64,000 nt of DNA from Candidatus Latescibacterota bacterium (lineage in GTDB: Bacteria; Latescibacterota; UBA2968; GCA-2709665): positions 5,280,001 through 5,344,000 of the forward strand of contig CBDCOX010000002.1 in assembly GCA_965219995.1 (NCBI GenBank). Direction: 5' to 3'. Both the position numbers and the translations under genes were made by a program. Shown here piece by piece: positions 58,626 through 64,000 of the stretch (positions are counted from its first letter, which is position 1; the number at the start of each line of letters is the position of its first letter). A model generated the notes under the pieces. It had not been told where the DNA came from. It worked only from the letters and a program-made list of their open reading frames with translations, and did not search any database.

Positions 58626-60566
58626 ATGGCACCCTCCGGCCGACCCCTGCGCCAGGACGACATCTACAAGGCCCGCTACGTGGTGGGCGGTGCCCTATCC
58701 CCTGACGGGGCCGCCGCGGTCTACGTCCTGTCCGAGACGCACGGCGGCGGCGAGGAAGAACGCCAGGCCACCTCCCTGTGGCAGGTCTCCACCCGGGGCG
58801 GACGGTCCCGGCGCCTGACCGGCGAGGCCGGCGACGACTCGACTCCCCGGTTCGCACCGGACGGCAGGTCGGTCCTCTTCCTGTCCACGCGCTCGAACGT
58901 GCAGCAGGTGCACCGCATCGCCCTCGACGGCGGGGAAGCGGAACAGCTCACCGACCTGCCCCAGGGCGTCGGCACGTTCGATCTCTCCCCGGACGGCCGG
59001 ACCATCGCGTTCACCGCACTCGCCGCGCCGCCCAAACCCCCGGGACCGAACGACCACGTGCGCATCTCCCGCAGTTGGTACCGCATGGACGGCATGGGCT
59101 ACCTGCAGGACATGGGCCAGGCCGTCTACACGATGCCGAGCCGGGGCGGAAAGCCGAGGCCCATCACCGGTCACGACGGGGTGATCATGGCCCTCGCCTT
59201 CTCCCCCGACGGGACGCGCCTCGGTTACCTGATCAGCGGCATGGAGCACCACGAGTTCATGCGCGGCAGCCTGCGGGTGGTCGACGTCGCCGGCGAGAAC
59301 CCGCAGACCGTGGCCGACGACCAGGCGTTCATGAGCTTCTTCTGGTGCAACGACCGGCAGCTCGGTTTCGTCGCGCCTCCCGGGGACGACCTGTCGCGGC
59401 AGTTCCAGCTCTTCGTCATCGGCATCGACGGCAAGCGCGCCCGGTCCCGCACGGCCGACCTCGACGTCGCGATCGGGGGCATGATCCAGACGAACTCTCC
59501 CGCGGCGCGCACGCCGGGGCGGTCGCTGGTCGCCGGCGACGCCGTGTACATGACGGTCACCGACGGCGGTCAGGCGCAGATCCGCAAGATTTCCATCGCC
59601 GGCGCCCGCGGCTGCGAGACGGTGGTGGCCGGGGAACGCGTGACCGCGCTCCTCGACGGCAACGACCGCTCCCTGCTGCTGGCCGTCCAGACCCCCAACG
59701 CCCCGCCGGAACTCGCGCTCTTCGACCTCGAGTCGGGCACGGAGCGGGCGCTGACGCGCCACAACCGGGCCTGGCAGGCGCGCATCGCGTGGCCGGAAGC
59801 GGAGCACGTTACGGCCCGGGTGACCCGCGGCGTCGAGGTCGAGGGCTGGGTCCTGAAACCCGCGCACGAGAGCCCGCCCTACCGGACGATCCTGTACATA
59901 CACGGCGGTCCGCACGCCGGCTTCGGCCTGAGCTACAACGACGACTTCCAGGAACTGGTCGGCGCCGGCTACGCGGTGGCCTACTGCAACCCGCGCGGCT
60001 CCACGGGCTACGGGGACGCCTTCTCCACCGCCATCGTCGGCCGCTGGGGCAAGCCGGAACTGCAGGACTTCGACGCCTTCCTGGACAAGCTGGTCGCCGA
60101 GGGCATCGCCGACCCGGACCGGCTCGGCGTCACGGGCGTCTCCGGCGGCGGGCACCTGTCCGGCTGGCTGATCGGCAACTCCCGGCGCTACAGGGCGGCG
60201 GTGCCGGAACAGGGCGTGTACAACATGCTCAGCATGTGGGGCGTCTCCGACGCCGGCAAGGCGCTGATCAGCCTGGAAATGGGCGGCGACCCGCACCGGG
60301 TTCCGGACCGCTACTGGGAGCTGTCACCCCTGGCGCACGCGCACAAGTGCCGCACGCCGACGCTGCTCATCCAGGGCGAGAACGACCTGCGCTGCCCCAT
60401 GGAGCAGGCCGAGCAGTTCTACACGGCCCTCGAGGCCGCTGGCTGCAAGGTCGAACTGCTGCGGCTCGCCAACTGCTCGCACGGCCTGGAACTGATCGGA
60501 CCGCCGGCGCTGCGCCGCTACCGCATGAACGCGATGCGGGAGTGGTTCGACGCCCATATCGAGTGA
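58626..60566 (+). CDS. S9 acylaminoacyl-peptidase family serine peptidase
   Basis: SPDG propeller repeats, IHGGPH, NPRGSTGYG, GVSGGG, GENDLRCP, CSH. Confidence 0.93.
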   Translation: MAPSGRPLRQDDIYKARYVVGGALSPDGAAAVYVLSETHGGGEEERQATSLWQVSTRGGRSRRLTGEAGDDSTPRFAPDGRSVLFLSTRSNVQQVHRIALDGGEAEQLTDLPQGVGTFDLSPDGRTIAFTALAAPPKPPGPNDHVRISRSWYRMDGMGYLQDMGQAVYTMPSRGGKPRPITGHDGVIMALAFSPDGTRLGYLISGMEHHEFMRGSLRVVDVAGENPQTVADDQAFMSFFWCNDRQLGFVAPPGDDLSRQFQLFVIGIDGKRARSRTADLDVAIGGMIQTNSPAARTPGRSLVAGDAVYMTVTDGGQAQIRKISIAGARGCETVVAGERVTALLDGNDRSLLLAVQTPNAPPELALFDLESGTERALTRHNRAWQARIAWPEAEHVTARVTRGVEVEGWVLKPAHESPPYRTILYIHGGPHAGFGLSYNDDFQELVGAGYAVAYCNPRGSTGYGDAFSTAIVGRWGKPELQDFDAFLDKLVAEGIADPDRLGVTGVSGGGHLSGWLIGNSRRYRAAVPEQGVYNMLSMWGVSDAGKALISLEMGGDPHRVPDRYWELSPLAHAHKCRTPTLLIQGENDLRCPMEQAEQFYTALEAAGCKVELLRLANCSHGLELIGPPALRRYRMNAMREWFDAHIE

Positions 60567-60633
60567 GTCTGCGCCTGCCGCGGGAACGTCAGGGGCCAAT
60601 CAAGGGCTTGATGGTGTCCGTGGGTTGCCGGAG

Positions 60634-60860
60634 TTACCCGCGAAGCCGCGGGTCGTTCCGGAAGTCGGTGATCGGTCCGGTGACCAACGCGGCACAATCC
60701 GGGTGGTCTGGATTGACGATGAAGTTGCTCTCGCCGACGACCACGGCGCTCGGCACCTGCAAGACGGCGGACTGCCCGCTGTCCAGCCAACGGTCGCCGG
60801 TCGCGCGTGTCGTCCGCGTTCCCGTCTCCCATCCCACCAGCCCTGGTCTGCGTTGTCCGC
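60634..60860 (-). pseudogene. C-terminal fragment of a RES domain toxin
   Basis: GDRWL..SAVLQVPSAVV..ESNFIVNPDHPD..DPRL; vapC occupies the upstream position. Confidence 0.8.
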
Positions 60861-60867
60861 GCGGCGA

Positions 60868-61284
60868 TCAGCCCTCGGGCAACCAGTTCTCCTGATCGAG
60901 GCCCGAAACACGCTCGAAGTGGCGCGGGTTGTTCGTGACGAGCGTGCAACCCGCGCTCAACGCATGCGCGGCGATCATCGCATCGTTGTTGCCGATGGGC
61001 GTTCCTGCCGCAAGAAGCCGCGCTTGGATGCCGGCGAACGCGTCCGCTTCCGGCTTGCCCCAGGCGAGCACGCCGTCCAGGCGTTCGCAGAAGGCTTGAA
61101 TCGCGGCAGCATGCCGTGTCGCGCTACGCGACCGTAGTGCGCCTAGCCGCAGTTCGGCGTACGTGACCGCGGAGATGAAGACGTTCGCGCCGGCGCGAGC
61201 CTGAGTCTGGAACGTAGCCAGCAGCCTTGCATCGCGCTCGCGAATCACGTAGCTGCTCGTATCCGTGTCGAGCATGTATTGCAC
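60868..61284 (-). CDS. vapC: VapC PIN-domain toxin
   Basis: YMLDTD, ISAVTYAEL, IGNNDAMIAAHA, LVTNN..HFERV. Confidence 0.95.
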   Translation of the reverse strand: MQYMLDTDTSSYVIRERDARLLATFQTQARAGANVFISAVTYAELRLGALRSRSATRHAAAIQAFCERLDGVLAWGKPEADAFAGIQARLLAAGTPIGNNDAMIAAHALSAGCTLVTNNPRHFERVSGLDQENWLPEG

Positions 61285-61314
61285 GCCCGGACTCCCAAGT
61301 GTGCGGCGGCGTCG

Positions 61315-61548
61315 CTACAGGCGGACTCGCCGGCCCTCGAGCAGGTCTGGACGCTCCAACAGGAAGTCGTCGTCGACCTCGGGTGCATCCTCGGCGAAGG
61401 ATCCCCAGCTCTTGCGGATTGGTTCGAGCAGCAGGCCATTGCCGTGCGGGCTGATGGCGACTTCTCGGACGCCTTGGAACTCGAGCGCCTTGGGAATGCG
61501 GACGGCTTGACTCCGACCGTTCGTGAACAGTTTGGCGGTCGCTTTCAT
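61315..61548 (-). CDS. vapB: VapB AbrB-fold antitoxin
   Basis: AKLFTNGRSQAVRIPK. Confidence 0.93.
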   Translation of the reverse strand: MKATAKLFTNGRSQAVRIPKALEFQGVREVAISPHGNGLLLEPIRKSWGSFAEDAPEVDDDFLLERPDLLEGRRVRL

Positions 61549-61574
61549 GGACAATCTCCGACCACTTCGATGGT

Positions 61575-61589
61575 CTTGTATATCACAAG
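61575..61589. promoter_or_regulatory. Putative vapBC operator
   Basis: CTTGT-N5-ACAAG palindrome upstream of vapB. Confidence 0.5.
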
Positions 61590-61614
61590 CATATGCCTGC
61601 GACAATGCGTACGC

Positions 61615-62043
61615 AGACACTGTTCACGGCGGGCAGGGAGACCTGGAACCGCGTATTGGCCGGCACCTTTCCCTCGCGCTTCATCGCCTTGAAGATCGCA
61701 TACGAGTTCTGCGCGTCCTTCGCATAACCCAGGCGCCACCCGGGCATGTCGAAGCGCACCGTCCCGTTGCCCGGGCGCAGCCGGAAGCGCCAGACGTCGT
61801 CGAGGCCGGCCGGGATCAGGCGTTCGCCTCCGGGCGGGGCGTCCGGCCGGTGCACGGTCTCGAACGCCGCGTGTCCGTTGAAGACCTGAAACGCCATCCG
61901 CGGGATTCAGAAGCGCCGGTCGAGCACCTCTCCGTCCGGAATCGCGTCGAGGTGGCCGCCAGCATGTCGGACGCCATCCGGAGCACACTTTCCGCCGATT
62001 CGAACGGAACGCTGCCCACGAGCAGGAGCTTCTCGCTGGTCAT
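61615..62043 (-). pseudogene. Truncated cobalamin-independent methionine-synthase-like (URO-D/MetE fold) gene
   Basis: LLVGSVP, IPDGE, GYAKDA..SY..F..RFQVSLP; 1-bp frameshift near 61960, TGA at 61907-61909, C-terminal half missing. Confidence 0.75.
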
Positions 62044-62048
62044 GCCTT

Positions 62049-64000
62049 CTAGGTCTCGACTCTCAGGACGATGCCGATCGTGCGCGGCCGGTTGATCACG
62101 AACCGGTCAGGACTGTTGAAGGAGCCGGTCGCCGTACGGCCGCGGCCGATCGTGGCGCGCTCGTCCCAGAGGTTGTCGACGAACAGGTCGGCGCCCCAGC
62201 CGCGCTCGTTTCTGAAGCCGATACGGAACTGGCCGATGACATAGGAGTCGACCGGAAAGCCCGTCGCGTCGTTGATGCGCTGTATGCGCGTGAACTGGTC
62301 GTCCGTGTGCTGCACGTCCAGTCGGGCGAAGCCGTCGCCGAGGCCGCCGAAGGGAAACGCGTACTCGAGGCTTGCGGACATCGTGAACTCGGGCACGTTG
62401 GGCAGGTCCGCCCCGACCACCGCGTCCGCGAGGGCGCTCGTCAGTTCGCTGTCCGCGTACCCGAAGGTGAGCCCGACGGTGAGCCGGTCGTTCGGGCGCG
62501 CGCTGAGTTGCGCTTCAAGGCCCACAACCTCCGCGTCGCCCGCGTTGCCGATGAAGTTGACCGGCCTGCCCGTCAACGGCGAGATGTCCGTCCCGTTCGA
62601 CTGGATGTCCGCCCAATCCTGGAAGTAGACCGAGCCGTTGAGGACCAGGCGGCCGTCGTACCAGCTCGTCTTGGCGCCGAGTTCGTAGCTCAGGAGCGCG
62701 TCCGACTCGAACAGCAGATCGCCCACCTGGAAGACGCTCTGCAGGTTGATGCCGCCCGAGCGGAACCCCTCGGCGATCGTGAAGTAGAAGAGCAGGTCGT
62801 CCGTTGCGCGATAGCTCAGCCGGCCCTTGAGCAGGACGTCGGAGCTCGATTCCTCGACGACGCGATAGGGCGAACTGGCCACGGTCAGGATCGAATAGAA
62901 CACCAGCTCGTCCTCGAGGGTCACTTCCTCGTCGAACCAGCGCGCGCCAACCGTCAGGCTCCAGCGGTCGTCGAGTTCCAGGTCCCCCTCGGCATACGCC
63001 GCGTACTGTTCGTAGCGGTCGGTGACGAACCGGAAGCCGATGTCCCCGGCGCCGGCGACAAAGGCGCTGTCCGGAATCGTGGGCAGACCCAGGAAGCCCA
63101 GCGTCTGGTTGAGCGCCACATGCTCCCCGGGCATGGTGGTGGCGCCGCCGGCGGCGACCTGGTCCTTGTCGCGGTAGAACGCACCGAGAATCCAGTCGAA
63201 CCGCTCGTCTCCCGCCGAGACGAGCCGGAACTCCTGGGCGACCGACTCCATCTCCGTGGTCGTGTAGAACGGGTCGCCGGTCACCGGCCCGAACGCCGAG
63301 AAGAAGGCCGTGGCGATCACCAGCCGGTCGAGGAACTCGCGGTCGAGTTGCGTCTGCGAGGTCACCGAGGTCAACTCGGCGAAACCGAGATCGACATCCA
63401 CCGTCAACGCGTAGAGCCCGAATTCGCCCTCGTGGAACCGCGGCTCGCTCGAGTCGAGTTCGAGGTCGCCGAGGCCGGAGTCGATGTTCGGGAAATCGTC
63501 TTCCTCGATCTCCGAGAGCATCGCCAGCACTTCGATGTCCACGCGCTCTCCCGGCGACGACCGGAGCAGGGCGCGCACCGACTGGGCCGAGGAGGAGTTC
63601 GCGTCTTCCTCGTCCCGCGCGATGTTGTCGACGAAGCCTTCGCGGTCGCGGAACGTCCCCACGATCCGGAGCGCGGTCGTGCCCTCGGCGATCGGGATGT
63701 TGACGACCCCCCGGCCCGCGTTGTTGAAGCCTCCGTCCTCGGTGAAGGAGCCGATGATCTCGCCCCGCGCCGAGAACTCCGAAGGGTCCGGTCGGGCCAG
63801 CGTCATGCGGATGGCGCCGCCCATGGCCCCCTCCCCGTACAGCGTTCCCTGGGGGCCCTTGAGCACCTCGATCTGCTCGAGGTCATACAGGTTGAGGTCG
63901 GGCAACTGCGAAGTCCCCTGAATGGGCACGTCGTTGAGGTACAGCCCCACGGTCGAGACCGGCGTCGTGACGCCGAAGTCCGACGCCGACACGTTGGAGA
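62049..64000 (-). CDS. TonB-dependent receptor (N-terminus outside window)
   Basis: TVGLYLND, QIEVLKGPQGTLYG, GFRSGG, SYELGAK, RPRTIG. Confidence 0.93.
   Translation of the reverse strand, partial: SNVSASDFGVTTPVSTVGLYLNDVPIQGTSQLPDLNLYDLEQIEVLKGPQGTLYGEGAMGGAIRMTLARPDPSEFSARGEIIGSFTEDGGFNNAGRGVVNIPIAEGTTALRIVGTFRDREGFVDNIARDEEDANSSSAQSVRALLRSSPGERVDIEVLAMLSEIEEDDFPNIDSGLGDLELDSSEPRFHEGEFGLYALTVDVDLGFAELTSVTSQTQLDREFLDRLVIATAFFSAFGPVTGDPFYTTTEMESVAQEFRLVSAGDERFDWILGAFYRDKDQVAAGGATTMPGEHVALNQTLGFLGLPTIPDSAFVAGAGDIGFRFVTDRYEQYAAYAEGDLELDDRWSLTVGARWFDEEVTLEDELVFYSILTVASSPYRVVEESSSDVLLKGRLSYRATDDLLFYFTIAEGFRSGGINLQSVFQVGDLLFESDALLSYELGAKTSWYDGRLVLNGSVYFQDWADIQSNGTDISPLTGRPVNFIGNAGDAEVVGLEAQLSARPNDRLTVGLTFGYADSELTSALADAVVGADLPNVPEFTMSASLEYAFPFGGLGDGFARLDVQHTDDQFTRIQRINDATGFPVDSYVIGQFRIGFRNERGWGADLFVDNLWDERATIGRGRTATGSFNSPDRFVINRPRTIGIVLRVET

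Noticed and set aside
55515-60566. 1683-aa plus-strand ORF
   Set aside because: Only the part from ATG 58626 is a recognisable peptidase; the rest is antisense to real minus-strand genes

Overview
GC-rich bacterial DNA, probably a gammaproteobacterium; the Uma2/Rpn/TA load and TonB-receptor/hydrolase content resemble marine sponge symbionts, which is inference only. Three parts. (1) A defence/mobile island, ~4.1-19.5 kb: Uma2 nuclease, DUF433, DUF5131, a Schlafen/AlbA_2 protein, a degenerate RecA-like protein, a ~1,660-codon Type ISP-like restriction-modification gene broken by one in-frame TAA, two abutting IS elements (TGT-ended IS481/IS1202-like; ISKra4 with 9-bp target duplication) and a RES toxin-antitoxin pair. 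(2) Lrp regulator and indolepyruvate ferredoxin oxidoreductase (IOR), followed by a helical-protein/HEPN pair, a diverged copy of part of the IOR 3' region, and a second AlbA_2 ATPase. (3) A ~37-kb cluster of TonB-dependent receptors and hydrolases (three S9 peptidases, two M19 dipeptidases, IroE-like esterases, an atypical Ser-type GGT, CapA, proline iminopeptidase, TauD and PhyH dioxygenases), interrupted by mazEF, vapBC and an Rpn gene. The most notable pattern: small toxin/defence cassettes with no transposase or integrase sit beside diverged duplicates or truncated fragments of neighbouring host genes, most clearly a ~0.96-kb duplication around rpn. No rRNA, tRNA or CRISPR array was seen. 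All family calls are by motif recognition, without database searches.
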